DNA of 64,000 nucleotides from Longimicrobiales bacterium (GTDB lineage: Bacteria > Gemmatimonadota > Gemmatimonadetes > Longimicrobiales > Gaopeijiaceae), in contig CBDDCX010000008.1 of the NCBI GenBank assembly GCA_965226375.1, positions 1,536,001 through 1,600,000 on the forward strand, given 5' to 3'. Made by a program: the position numbers and the translations under genes. The notes below the pieces were generated by a model, which saw nothing but the letters and a program-made list of their open reading frames with translations, was not told the origin of the DNA and ran no database searches. Below are positions 51,783-61,930 of the stretch, piece after piece (within the stretch, counting starts at the first letter, position 1; every line of letters starts with the position of its first letter).

Positions 51783-53414
51783 TCAGGCCGACGCTCCGGC
51801 GGTTGGTGCCCCGGTGGTTGGTGCCCCGGTGGGTGCCCCGGTGGTCGCTGTCTCGTCCGCCGGCGCCTCCGCGTCCATCTCTGCCGCGAACACCTTGTTG
51901 TACTCGGCGATGGCGGCCACCAGCTTCTCGGTAATCTCTGATGTGAGCTCCTGTTCCTCCCTGATTCCCTTGAGGACGTCGCCCTCATGGGTGGAGAGGA
52001 ACTCATGGAAGCCACGCTCCCAACGCTTGAGGTGACGGACCTCGACGTCGTCGACGTGACCCTGAGTGACGGCGAAGATGACGCACACCTGATTCTCCAC
52101 CGCCATGGGCTGGTACTGTCCCTGCTTGAGCATCTCGACGGTGCGCTCACCACGCGCCAACTGGCGCTGCGTGGTGGCGTCGAGGTCGGAGCCGAACTGT
52201 GCGAAGGCCTCGAGCTCACGGTACTGGGCCAGGTCGAGGCGGAGCCGTCCGGCAACCTTTTTCATGGCCTTGATCTGAGCGGCACCCCCGACGCGTGATA
52301 CCGAGATGCCCACGTTCACGGCCGGCCGTACACCCGAGTAGAACAGATTCGGCTCCAGGTAGATCTGGCCGTCGGTAATGGAGATCACGTTCGTGGGGAT
52401 GTACGCCGACACGTCGCCAGCCTGAGTCTCGATGATGGGAAGGGCCGTCATCGACCCGCCACCCTGATCGTCTGACAGCTTGGCTGCCCTCTCGAGAAGC
52501 CTGGAGTGCAGGTAGAAGACGTCTCCCGGAAAGGCCTCGCGGCCCGGAGGCCGCCGGAGGACCAGCGAGAGCTGCCGGTACGCCGTGGCCTGTTTGGAGA
52601 GGTCGTCGAAGACCACCAGGGTGTGCTTGCCCTGCCACATGAAGTGCTCGGCGATGGCACAAGCCGAGTAAGGCGCGATGTACTGCATGGGCGCCGGGTC
52701 AGAGGCATTGGACGCCACGACGATCGTGTAGTCCATCGCCCCGTGCTCTCGAAGCGTCTCGACCACGCCGGCCACTTTACTCGCGCGCTGCCCGATGGCG
52801 CAGTAGACGCAGATGACGTCGGTGTCCTTCTGGTTGATGATCGTGTCGAGGGCGATGGCCGTCTTTCCGGTCCCGCGGTCCCCGATGATCAGCTCGCGCT
52901 GGCCCCGTCCGATCGGAATCATGGAGTCGATGGCCTTGAGTCCCGTCTGGAGGGGCTCACCGACCGGCTGGCGCATGACGATGCCCGGAGCCACGACGTC
53001 GATGTGACGTCGGTCCTGGGACTCGATCGGGCCCTTGCCGTCGATCGCGGTGCCTAGAGCGTCCACTACTCGCCCGACATATGCCTCACCGACAGGAATG
53101 TCCAGCACCCGGCCGGTCCGGCGCACCTGATCACCCTCATGGAGACTCGTCCAGTCTCCCATGATGACCGCACCGATGTTGTCCTCTTCGAGGTTGAGCG
53201 CCAAAGCCGTCACGGCCTCGTCGCTGTCAGCCGGCGTGATCTCCAGCATCTCGCTGGCCATCGCCTTGGTGAGCCCGTAGATGCGTGCGATCCCGTCCTT
53301 TACCTCGAGAACCTCGCCCACTTCTTCGGCCTCTAGCCGCTCCCCGTAATTCTCGATTTCCGAAAGGAGGACGCCCTTGATCTCACTCGCGCGAAGTCCC
53401 GAATCGTTAGCCAT
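51783..53414 (-). CDS. atpA: ATP synthase alpha subunit
   Basis: [29 protein letters not shown]. Confidence 0.98.
   Translation of the reverse strand: MANDSGLRASEIKGVLLSEIENYGERLEAEEVGEVLEVKDGIARIYGLTKAMASEMLEITPADSDEAVTALALNLEEDNIGAVIMGDWTSLHEGDQVRRTGRVLDIPVGEAYVGRVVDALGTAIDGKGPIESQDRRHIDVVAPGIVMRQPVGEPLQTGLKAIDSMIPIGRGQRELIIGDRGTGKTAIALDTIINQKDTDVICVYCAIGQRASKVAGVVETLREHGAMDYTIVVASNASDPAPMQYIAPYSACAIAEHFMWQGKHTLVVFDDLSKQATAYRQLSLVLRRPPGREAFPGDVFYLHSRLLERAAKLSDDQGGGSMTALPIIETQAGDVSAYIPTNVISITDGQIYLEPNLFYSGVRPAVNVGISVSRVGGAAQIKAMKKVAGRLRLDLAQYRELEAFAQFGSDLDATTQRQLARGERTVEMLKQGQYQPMAVENQVCVIFAVTQGHVDDVEVRHLKRWERGFHEFLSTHEGDVLKGIREEQELTSEITEKLVAAIAEYNKVFAAEMDAEAPADETATTGAPTGAPTTGAPTAGASA
51801..51845. 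repeat. Short tandem repeat in atpA 3' end
   Basis: ggttggtgccccggt x2 plus gggtgccccggt; encodes [15 protein letters not shown]. Confidence 0.8.
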
Positions 53415-53465
53415 TGCCTAGAAGCCCTTTGAGAAAGCCGGCTCGGGCCGGCCCGATTGTATCCG

Positions 53466-54029
53466 TCATGCCTCCCCCACCCTGGGGAGGTCCGTCGTTA
53501 GCAGCTTTTGGCGCAACCCGTCCAACCTGCGCCGCAGGGATCCATCGTAGATCGTGTCACCCGCCCGAACGACGACGCCGCCCAGAATACCCGGCTTTAC
53601 GCGCACGCTGGGAATCGCCTCTCGGCCAAGAAGCGACGAAAGTCGCTCCTGTAGGTCGGCCAGCGAGGCGTCGTCCATCTTGCGGGCCAAGGTCACCTCG
53701 ACACGAACACGGCCCAGACGCTCGTCCACGAGAGTGTGGAACTCCCGCGCAATCTCTCCGATGAGACGCTGCCGCCTCTTATCGATCGTCACGAGCAGAA
53801 AGTTGATGAGCGTTCCGGGAAGACTGTCGGCAAACACACGTCGCACGACGTCCTTCTTCTGGCCGGCCGCAATCCGCGGTGTCGCTAGGAACGTTCGGAA
53901 ACTCGGATTCTCGTCGATGAGACGGGCCACGACTTCCAGACCGTCCCCGAAAACCTCCAGGCCCTCGTGTCGCTCCGCCACCTCGACCAGGGTCTCGGCG
54001 TAGTTGCGGGCGACCGTTTCCTCTCTCAC
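53466..54029 (-). CDS. atpH: ATP synthase delta subunit
   Basis: VARNYAETL, ILGGVVVRAGDTIYDGS. Confidence 0.95.
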   Translation of the reverse strand: MREETVARNYAETLVEVAERHEGLEVFGDGLEVVARLIDENPSFRTFLATPRIAAGQKKDVVRRVFADSLPGTLINFLLVTIDKRRQRLIGEIAREFHTLVDERLGRVRVEVTLARKMDDASLADLQERLSSLLGREAIPSVRVKPGILGGVVVRAGDTIYDGSLRRRLDGLRQKLLTTDLPRVGEA

Positions 54030-54529
54030 GCCTGGGCTCCCCCACCCTGCTCGCTGAGATCGTCGATGTAGCCCATGACCAACTCACGGTCCCTGGCGTC
54101 GTCGAGGCTCTCGTGCAGGAGCTTGGCCGCGGCGGCCAAGGCCAGATCGACCGACTCCTTTCGGAGTGCTTCGAGGGCCAAGTCCTTCTCACGTCCGATG
54201 GACTCCCGCGCACGCTCGATCAGGGCCTGGCCTTCGGACCTGGCCTTCTCTTCGATGTCCTGCCGGACCTTCTCGCCCGCCTCTTTGCCTTCGGCGATCA
54301 ACTGCTGCGCCTGGCGGCGTGCTTCGGCCATCTGCTGCCGGTGCTCGGCGAGCAGCTTGGCGGCCTCTTCCCTCTCATGGGCCGCCTTGTCCAGCGTATC
54401 CTGGATACCACTCTCGCGCGCGTCGACCGCCGCGAGTACCGGCCCCCAAGCGAACTTCCACAGGATGCCTAGCAACGCGAGGAAGACGAACGTGGTCCAG
54501 ACTGAAAGTCCGAGGTTGAGGTCGAACAT
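54026..54529 (-). CDS. atpF: ATP synthase b subunit
   Basis: N-terminal TM (LWKFAWGP) followed by a coiled coil. Confidence 0.95.
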   Translation of the reverse strand: MFDLNLGLSVWTTFVFLALLGILWKFAWGPVLAAVDARESGIQDTLDKAAHEREEAAKLLAEHRQQMAEARRQAQQLIAEGKEAGEKVRQDIEEKARSEGQALIERARESIGREKDLALEALRKESVDLALAAAAKLLHESLDDARDRELVMGYIDDLSEQGGGAQA

Positions 54530-54552
54530 GCAGACTCCTTATGACTCTTCGA

Positions 54553-54807
54553 CTAGAACATCACGAACGCGAGGCCGAGACCGAAGAGGGCGACGCCCTC
54601 GATGAGGGCCGCGAAGATGATCGCTGCGGTCTGGATCTGCGCCCCGACTTCCGGCTGACGGGCGATCCCCGACGCCGCAGCGGCACCGATGGGTCCGATT
54701 CCGAGTCCGGCACCGATGGCGGCACCGCCGATCGCCAGTCCGGCACCGATGAGGGCGTTGCCGCCATTCCCTGCGGCTTCCTGAACCGCGGTAAGCAAGA
54801 AGTGCAT
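54553..54807 (-). CDS. atpE: ATP synthase c subunit
   Basis: GxGxG helix, ARQPE loop, conserved Glu in ALIEG. Confidence 0.96.
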   Translation of the reverse strand: MHFLLTAVQEAAGNGGNALIGAGLAIGGAAIGAGLGIGPIGAAAASGIARQPEVGAQIQTAAIIFAALIEGVALFGLGLAFVMF

Positions 54808-54829
54808 CTTTCGTCCTTTGTGACAGTGA

Positions 54830-55753
54830 CTAGTGAGCGTGACGGATGAGCCCGATAAAGACGGACGTGAGCATCACGAAGATGTAGGCCTGCAAGAAGG
54901 CGATGAACAATTCGAGAATCATGAGAAGGCTGGCCATGGTGACCGAGGTGACGCCCATGACGTAGCTCTGGAGCACGAAGATCATCCCCATGATGGCAAG
55001 GATCAGCGTGTGACCGGCTGTCATGTTGGCGAGGAGACGCACGGCCAACGCGAACGGCTTGGTCAGCTTCCCGAGGGCCTCGACTATCGTGAGGATGCCG
55101 AGTATGAAGGGCTTCATGAAGGTCGGAACACCCGGCGGCATGAAGAAGATCGTCTTGGCGTACCCCACGGGGCCCAAAGCCCGAAATCCCGAGACTTCGA
55201 TGACGACGAAGCTGATGATGGCCAGAGCGGCGGTCACGGAGATGTTCGCCGTAGGCGTGATCCCCAAAGGTGTAAGCCCGATCAGGTTCATGCCCAGAAT
55301 GAAGAAGAACAACGTGAGGATAAACGGCGTAAAGGTGTCCGCCCCGTGCCCGATGTTGGTCCGCACAACCTCGTTCCGGAAATAGATGATCAGGGCTTCC
55401 ATGGCATTGGCGAAGCCACTCGGAGCCTTTTCCACACCCTTCGACCGGATGAGCCTCGCCACCGGGATGAAGATCAGGGGGAGCAGAACCGCCACGAACA
55501 ACATCACAACGAGTTGACGGGTCGGAGACAGATCGATGGCGATCGATCCCAAGTGGATGGGATCGATGCTCAACGATTCCAGACTCCAGTGCCCACCGGC
55601 GAACTCAATTTCCTTGGCGTCACCGATGTGGTGGGAAATGAAATCGGGCAGGCCTTCCATGCTAAGGCCGACCTCGGCACCGTGGGCACCCTCTTGGGCG
55701 GCTCCCTGGGCTCCACCCTCGGCGTGCTCCTGCAGAGCTCCGAATAGACTCAT
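54830..55753 (-). CDS. atpB: ATP synthase a subunit
   Basis: PTANISVT, LAVRLLANMTAGH, LQAYIF. Confidence 0.96.
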   Translation of the reverse strand: MSLFGALQEHAEGGAQGAAQEGAHGAEVGLSMEGLPDFISHHIGDAKEIEFAGGHWSLESLSIDPIHLGSIAIDLSPTRQLVVMLFVAVLLPLIFIPVARLIRSKGVEKAPSGFANAMEALIIYFRNEVVRTNIGHGADTFTPFILTLFFFILGMNLIGLTPLGITPTANISVTAALAIISFVVIEVSGFRALGPVGYAKTIFFMPPGVPTFMKPFILGILTIVEALGKLTKPFALAVRLLANMTAGHTLILAIMGMIFVLQSYVMGVTSVTMASLLMILELFIAFLQAYIFVMLTSVFIGLIRHAH

Positions 55754-56136
55754 GTTGTCGTCCGTGCGTCCTTATCATCGGCCTTTAGGAAGGCCGGTTC
55801 TATCAACAACAAGACGAAGAAGAATCCCACCAGCGACAGCACAAGTGCTGCCGGTTCCACCGACACGAGCATCGTGGAGGCAAATCCCACGGCTACGACG
55901 ACCGCCACCCGAAGCGCAATTCCGGCTCCCCACCACACCATGAAACGAGTCGGCTCACCTCGCGCGCGAAGCAGCAATCCGAATGCCATGACCTGAACAG
56001 GGTAAGCGATTAACGCCGCCAGGAGAATCCCTCTTCTGCCCGCGTCGTCCAAAAACGCCGAAAGTGCCACCGCTCCCAAACCGACTATCAAGAGCGCGAC
56101 CAAAGCGTACCTACCAAGGCCACTAATCCGTCTCAC
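55750..56136 (-). CDS. AtpI-like four-TM membrane protein
   Basis: Four hydrophobic helices, directly upstream of atpB. Confidence 0.7.
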   Translation of the reverse strand: MRRISGLGRYALVALLIVGLGAVALSAFLDDAGRRGILLAALIAYPVQVMAFGLLLRARGEPTRFMVWWGAGIALRVAVVVAVGFASTMLVSVEPAALVLSLVGFFFVLLLIEPAFLKADDKDARTTT

Positions 56137-56392
56137 TCTCCTCGCGATCCTGCTCCTGTCGTGGACGTACCACCAATTGAACGTAGAGATTGTAGAAACC
56201 GGCCGCGCCGCCCAAGAATATCCCGAGAAGCGTGAGCAACGACTGGAACCCGACCCGCTCTCCGATCTCGGAGCCGACCCATCCGAAGAGCGCCACCGAC
56301 GCGGCCATGGCCATCCCGTGCCCCATGTACTGGGACGAGGCGCGGACCACGTCTTCCCCTCGATCTCCGCTCGGATTTCCTGACCTCTTCAT
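56123..56392 (-). CDS. AtpZ/AtpI family (ATPase gene 1) protein
   Basis: G..MA.SV.LFGW.G...LTLLGIFLGGAAGF pattern; first gene of the operon. Confidence 0.8.
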   Translation of the reverse strand: MKRSGNPSGDRGEDVVRASSQYMGHGMAMAASVALFGWVGSEIGERVGFQSLLTLLGIFLGGAAGFYNLYVQLVVRPRQEQDREESETD

Positions 56393-56439
56393 TGGCTGGA
56401 ACTCCGGTCGGTTGCCCAAAGCCAGCAAAATCTAGAAGC

Positions 56440-56457
56440 TTGTGAAAAAAATCGCAA
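56440..56457. promoter_or_regulatory. Rex-like (or CRP/FNR-like) palindromic operator upstream of atp operon
   Basis: TTGTGAAAAAAATCGCAA; Rex consensus TTGTGAA-N4-TTCACAA with 2 mismatches; palindrome extends to GC...GC. Confidence 0.6.
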
Positions 56458-56505
56458 GCGCCGCTTTTGCCATGTAGCAAGGGCTTTCCGGGCAATCGAC
56501 GACGC

Positions 56506-56534
56506 TTGACGGGGAACGGCACCGTGGTCAACTT
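56506..56534 (+). promoter_or_regulatory. Possible sigma70 promoter for moxR
   Basis: TTGACG-17 nt-CAACTT. Confidence 0.35.
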
Positions 56535-56707
56535 CGCGACGTGAAAAGTAGGCTCGAATCGGCCCGAGTCAGTCGCCCTGCGTTCCTCATGAGAGATCTC
56601 GCCACGGGACCTCTCATGATCGGTGGCGGGTACGCTGCGTGGTCGGTGTACCTCGCCACGCCCGCCGCGCGGCTAAACCCTTTCAGCAGGGCGTGGAAAG
56701 CGATCTG

Positions 56708-57727
<1,020 letters not shown>

Positions 57728-57776
57728 GTCCAAGGAGGAAGGCGGGCGATCGTCCGCCGAATCCCTGGGGACTGAC

Positions 57777-59033
57777 ATGATCTGGCTGCTGCTGGCCGCT
57801 GCGGCCGTCTCCATCTTGCTGTCTGCTGTGCTCTCCGCGGCTGAAGCAGCAACCTTCGCGGTCGGATTGTCACGCCTGCGGACCCTCGAGGAAGAGGGAT
57901 TCCATGGCGCCGAGGCCCTCGCCGACCTGAGAGGCCGGCCCGAGGCCGTGCGGACATCCCTGCTCGCCCTGACCACTGTACTCAACGCCTGTGCGGTAGG
58001 TATCTCGGTTATCATGGGCACCCTGCTCAGGGGTACCACCGGAGGTGTCCTCGGCCTATTGATCGGCGGCGGAGTCGTCCTGGTCATGGGGCAAAGCCTC
58101 CCTCGCTTCCTGGCGACCGTCCGGCCCCTGCGCCTGGCCCTCGCGGCCGCGCCTCTTCTCATCCTTGTCGACGGAGTGGTCGCAGCGACAACGGTGCCCA
58201 TCGGGCAGATCACCGGGTTGCTCGTACGGCGCAACGGGGACGAGGGCTCGACGGAAGAAGAGCGGGCCGTCCGTGAGATCTCCGAACTGGGCCAGGAGGA
58301 GGGCTTGGTGGGAGTGGAGGAGCACCTGCTCGTGGAGAGGGCCTTCCGCCTGGACGAGTTGACCGTCTGGGAGGTCATGACTCCCAGGGTCGACATCTTC
58401 GCCTGGAAGGACTCGCTCACCCTCGAGGAGATCATCGGTGAACTTGCGACAGTGCCCTACTCCAGGGTGCCCGTCTACAGAGAGACCACGGACGACATTT
58501 CGGGCATCCTGTACATACGCGAGGCCTATGAGAACTACGTGGCCGGCCGGGCCTCGATGACCCTGGACCAGCTGTCCCGGGAACCGCTCTTCGTACCGGG
58601 CTCCCTATCGCTGACTCGGTTACTCGGACAGTTCCAGGCCCGTCGCATTCACATGGGCATCGTCGCGGACGAGTTCGGGGGAACGGACGGACTCGCCACC
58701 CTGGAGGACATTCTCGAAGAGCTGGTCGGAGAGATCGTCGACGAGACCGACGTGGACGAAGAGGCCCTGGTCCGCCTGTCCCGCACCGAAGTCGAAGCAC
58801 CCGGAGGCATGGACCTGCGGGAGATCAACCATGCGTTCAACGTGACACTCCCCCAGCTCGAGCACCGCTCCCTGAACGGGTTCATCCTCGAGGAGTTGGG
58901 CCATGTCCCCCAAGCTGGTGAGACACTCGATCGCGCCGGAGTGCGGATCGAGATCCTGGAGGCCTCGGACACGCAGGTCATCCGCGCACGTCTTGCCAAG
59001 CTCACCCCGACGGGCAGAGACGGGAGCGACTAG
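57777..59033 (+). CDS. Hemolysin-family (CNNM/DUF21-CBS-CorC) membrane protein
   Basis: SAAEAA, TM helices, VMTPRVD, YSRVPV, DEFGGTDGLATLEDILEELVGEI. Confidence 0.92.
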   Translation: MIWLLLAAAAVSILLSAVLSAAEAATFAVGLSRLRTLEEEGFHGAEALADLRGRPEAVRTSLLALTTVLNACAVGISVIMGTLLRGTTGGVLGLLIGGGVVLVMGQSLPRFLATVRPLRLALAAAPLLILVDGVVAATTVPIGQITGLLVRRNGDEGSTEEERAVREISELGQEEGLVGVEEHLLVERAFRLDELTVWEVMTPRVDIFAWKDSLTLEEIIGELATVPYSRVPVYRETTDDISGILYIREAYENYVAGRASMTLDQLSREPLFVPGSLSLTRLLGQFQARRIHMGIVADEFGGTDGLATLEDILEELVGEIVDETDVDEEALVRLSRTEVEAPGGMDLREINHAFNVTLPQLEHRSLNGFILEELGHVPQAGETLDRAGVRIEILEASDTQVIRARLAKLTPTGRDGSD

Positions 59034-59099
59034 TGCCGTTATGCGCTGGATCGGTGGCGTTCGTGACGCGACCCGCTGCACTCCTTCCATAGGCGCCTG

Positions 59100-59729
59100 A
59101 TGGCCATCATCCTGCCCTTCAACGGTAAGCGGCCCCGCATTGCCGAGTCCGCCTTCGTCGCACCCAATGCTGTCCTGGTGGGAGACGTGACGGTCGGCGA
59201 GGAGGCCAGCATCTGGTTCGGCGCCGTGCTCCGCGGTGACGACCCCAACCACGGGATCATCGTCGGGGCGGGCAGCAGCGTTCAGGACAACTGTGTGGTG
59301 CATGTCGGCGACTGGGGCCCGACACGCATCGGCGAGCAGGTGACCGTCGGGCACGGAGCCAAGTTCGAGAGCTGCGACATCGGTGATCGAACCGTGGTCG
59401 GCATGAACGCCGTCATTCTCCAGAAGGCCCGCATCGGCATCGAGTGTGTCATCGGGGCCAACGCGGTTGTGCTGGAGGGCACCGAGATCCCGGACCGGAG
59501 TCTGGTGGCGGGAGTCCCGGCGGTCGTGAAGCGGACGCTCGACGAATCCGCACCCTGGATCGCGCGGGGCGGACGCCACTATATCGAGCTGTCGCGGGAG
59601 TACCTCGATCAGGGCGTAGGCCAAGCCGACGTAGCCCGCTGTGAGGTGTGCGGAGGCCCCGTGTTGGAGCGTCACTGCAAAATCGTTTGCCTGGACTGCG
59701 GCTATCAACGAGACTGCTCGGACCCTTAG
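59100..59729 (+). CDS. Gamma-carbonic anhydrase family protein with C-terminal zinc-ribbon extension
   Basis: IWFGAVLRGD, VQDNCVVH, TVGH; tail CEVCGGPVLERHCKIVCLDCGYQRDCSDP. Confidence 0.9.
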   Translation: MAIILPFNGKRPRIAESAFVAPNAVLVGDVTVGEEASIWFGAVLRGDDPNHGIIVGAGSSVQDNCVVHVGDWGPTRIGEQVTVGHGAKFESCDIGDRTVVGMNAVILQKARIGIECVIGANAVVLEGTEIPDRSLVAGVPAVVKRTLDESAPWIARGGRHYIELSREYLDQGVGQADVARCEVCGGPVLERHCKIVCLDCGYQRDCSDP

Positions 59730-59785
59730 CGGGCCGAGGCAGAAGCGGAACCTGTCAACGACAATGGGACACTCTACGGGATTAA

Positions 59786-60793
59786 TTAGAGAGCAATGTC
59801 CTGTGTGGTGAGGGAAGGGATGGGAGGATTGATGAAGACGGCCTCCGGGAGCGGTTTGGGCTTCGGCACACCTCTGACGAAGCGTTCGGGATGAGCGGCC
59901 CATGCTTCGCGGAGCACGGATTTCCTGCCGGCAATGACCTGATCGGCGTTCCCGAAGTGGACCTGCTCGGGGGTTAGCATCGAGATGCCGCCATGGCGGT
60001 GCTCGGCATTGTACCAGCGGAAGAACGATCGACAGAACGTCTTGGCTTGGCCCTGATCCCCGAACCGTCCGGGAAACGAGGGATGGTACTTCAAGGTTTT
60101 GAACTGAGCCTCGGAAAACGGGTTGTCATCCGACACCTGAGGCCGGCTCAACGAGCGGGTCACGCCGAGGTCAGCGAGAAGTTGAGCGGTGCATTGGCTC
60201 GTCATTGGAGCTCCCCGATCCGAGTGCAGGGTCAGGACCCGGGGCTGGACGCCATGCTTCAGGCAGCTCTGCTGGATCAACCGGCCGGCCAGGGCCGAGT
60301 TCTCCCGGTCCGCCACCATCCAGCCCACGACGTAGCGGCTGTAGATGTCCATGATGACGTAGAGGTAGTAATAGCTCCACTTCTTCGGCCCGAGCAGCCG
60401 CGTGATATCCCAGGACCACACCTGGTTCGGCGCCGTGGCCATCAACTCGGGCTTCTTGTACTCGGGATGGGTGCGCTGCGCCCGGCGTTCCTGAACCGGC
60501 ACCTCGGAGGCCAGAACACGATACATCGTGCGTTCGCTGCACAGGTAGACCTCTTCGTCGAGCAGCGTGGCCACCACCTCGGCGGGTGAGCGGTCCACGA
60601 ACCGCTCCGAACACAGCGTGTCGAAGACCTCGCCTCGTTCCGTCTCGCTCAATGCCCGGGCGGGCGTCGGGCGGGGCTGCTGTTGCCCGGTTGATGGGCC
60701 TCGACGACGGTACAACGTCGATCGGGAGACCTCGAGGGCCGCGCACGCCGGTTTTACACCGACGTGCTTAGCCAGCTCATCGGCCGCCTTCAA
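59786..60793 (-). CDS. IS3-family transposase OrfB (DDE)
   Basis: WSWDIT, LHSDRG, DNPFSEAQFKTLK. Confidence 0.93.
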   Translation of the reverse strand: MKAADELAKHVGVKPACAALEVSRSTLYRRRGPSTGQQQPRPTPARALSETERGEVFDTLCSERFVDRSPAEVVATLLDEEVYLCSERTMYRVLASEVPVQERRAQRTHPEYKKPELMATAPNQVWSWDITRLLGPKKWSYYYLYVIMDIYSRYVVGWMVADRENSALAGRLIQQSCLKHGVQPRVLTLHSDRGAPMTSQCTAQLLADLGVTRSLSRPQVSDDNPFSEAQFKTLKYHPSFPGRFGDQGQAKTFCRSFFRWYNAEHRHGGISMLTPEQVHFGNADQVIAGRKSVLREAWAAHPERFVRGVPKPKPLPEAVFINPPIPSLTTQDIAL

Positions 60794-61239
60794 GAGTTTG
60801 TCCCGTCGTCGAGGCTTATCCCCAGCAGCCCCGCAACTTTTCCCTGCACGTCGATGATCAGGTGTGCCTTCCTGAGCTCATTCCCGAGCCGTGCGTTTCG
60901 CCGCTCCAGCTTGCGTACCTTCTCATCCAGCGGATTTCGCTCCGGCTTGCGGCCGCGTTTCTTCGACAGGGCCTTCAGCGACCCGCTATGCGCCGCCTTG
61001 CGCCACGTCGTCAGGTGCGACGAGTACAGGCCCTCTCGCCGCAGGACTTGACCCACCTCGCCGGGCTCGGTGCACCGGTCCGCTTCTTCGACGATCCGCA
61101 GCTTGTACGACGGACTGAACCGCCGCCGTAGCGGCCTATCTACTACCTCCGGGTCCGCAGGAGCTGCCGCGCTTCGCTTGGCCTCCCCGGTTCCAGGGGC
61201 ACTACCATTCTCTGCCATTCTCTCTCGCAGTCCCAACAT
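60790..61239 (-). CDS. IS3-family transposase OrfA
   Basis: RRRFSPSYKLRIV...LRREGLYSSHLTTWR HTH plus coiled coil. Confidence 0.9.
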   Translation of the reverse strand: MLGLRERMAENGSAPGTGEAKRSAAAPADPEVVDRPLRRRFSPSYKLRIVEEADRCTEPGEVGQVLRREGLYSSHLTTWRKAAHSGSLKALSKKRGRKPERNPLDEKVRKLERRNARLGNELRKAHLIIDVQGKVAGLLGISLDDGTNS

Positions 61240-61493
61240 GTTCGTTTTCTCTGCCTTCGCCCTACTCTAATTCTTTGCGTGCTCCGTGTCTCACGTACGT
61301 TGGCAGAGAGGGGACGGGGGAGTCAGGTTCACCCTGGATCCCATTGACCTCACTCATTGGGTGCCCTGGAGGCGATCGGCAGACTGGTTACCATTCCTTC
61401 GAGCCCAACGGTAGGTATGAGATCAAACTTGCTCCTGCCAATAACACTCGTTCGATTCGCTGTGAGTGCACCAGCTACACCACCGGCGGTACA

Positions 61494-61586
61494 GTGACGA
61501 CAGATTGGACACTTCGACCATACGCTCCCGGCGATGAACGCGCAGCGTCAGGTCTGTTTCGCGAGGTCTTCGCTGCGCAGATGACG
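61494..61586 (+). pseudogene. N-terminal fragment of a GNAT-like acetyltransferase
   Basis: [31 protein letters not shown]; truncated where the opposite-strand kinase fragment begins. Confidence 0.5.
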
Positions 61587-61754
61587 GCGACTCCCGCCCG
61601 CTGTGCCCACGGCGAGCGCGATGCCGAAATCCGCTATCACCGGCTCGCCGTCCTGAAGCAGGATGTTCGCGGGCTTGATGTCGCGGTGGATCACCTCGTG
61701 GCGATGGGCGTGGTCCAGCGCATTTGCCACGGCAGTCGCAATCCGAACCGCCTC
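61587..61754 (-). pseudogene. Internal fragment of a Hanks-type Ser/Thr kinase
   Basis: [49 protein letters not shown]: catalytic loop and DFG only. Confidence 0.85.
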
Positions 61755-61775
61755 GCGGGCTTCCTTTTACATCAG

Positions 61776-61848
61776 TGGAGCCAGCCGGGATCGAACCGGC
61801 GACCTCTGGCTTGCAAAGCCAGCGCTCTCCCAACTGAGCTATGGCCCC
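61776..61848 (-). tRNA. tRNA-Ala(UGC), CCA not encoded
   Basis: GGGGCCATAGCTCAGTTGGGAGAGCGCTGGCTTTGCAAGCCAGAGGTCGCCGGTTCGATCCCGGCTGGCTCCA; full cloverleaf, G3:U70 identity pair. Confidence 0.97.
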
Positions 61849-61930
61849 TCTTTGCTGTTTCGTCCTATAGGCAAGCGATTCTTTTGTTTCCGGGAATCCC
61901 GCCGACGAACGAGCGTGCACGTTGGGGGGT

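Larger units (their letters stand above)
59753..61305 (-). mobile_element. IS3-family insertion sequence
   Basis: orfA/orfB pair; imperfect terminal IRs TGTCAACGACAATGGGACAC (59753) and TGCCAACGTACGTGAGACAC (from 61305, minus strand), 14/20 identical; no flanking direct repeat seen. Confidence 0.85.

Noticed and set aside
54553..54807. Na+-translocating ATP synthase
   Set aside because: The c subunit has ALIEGV and lacks the Gln and ES/T ligands of Na+-binding c-rings; consistent with H+ coupling.
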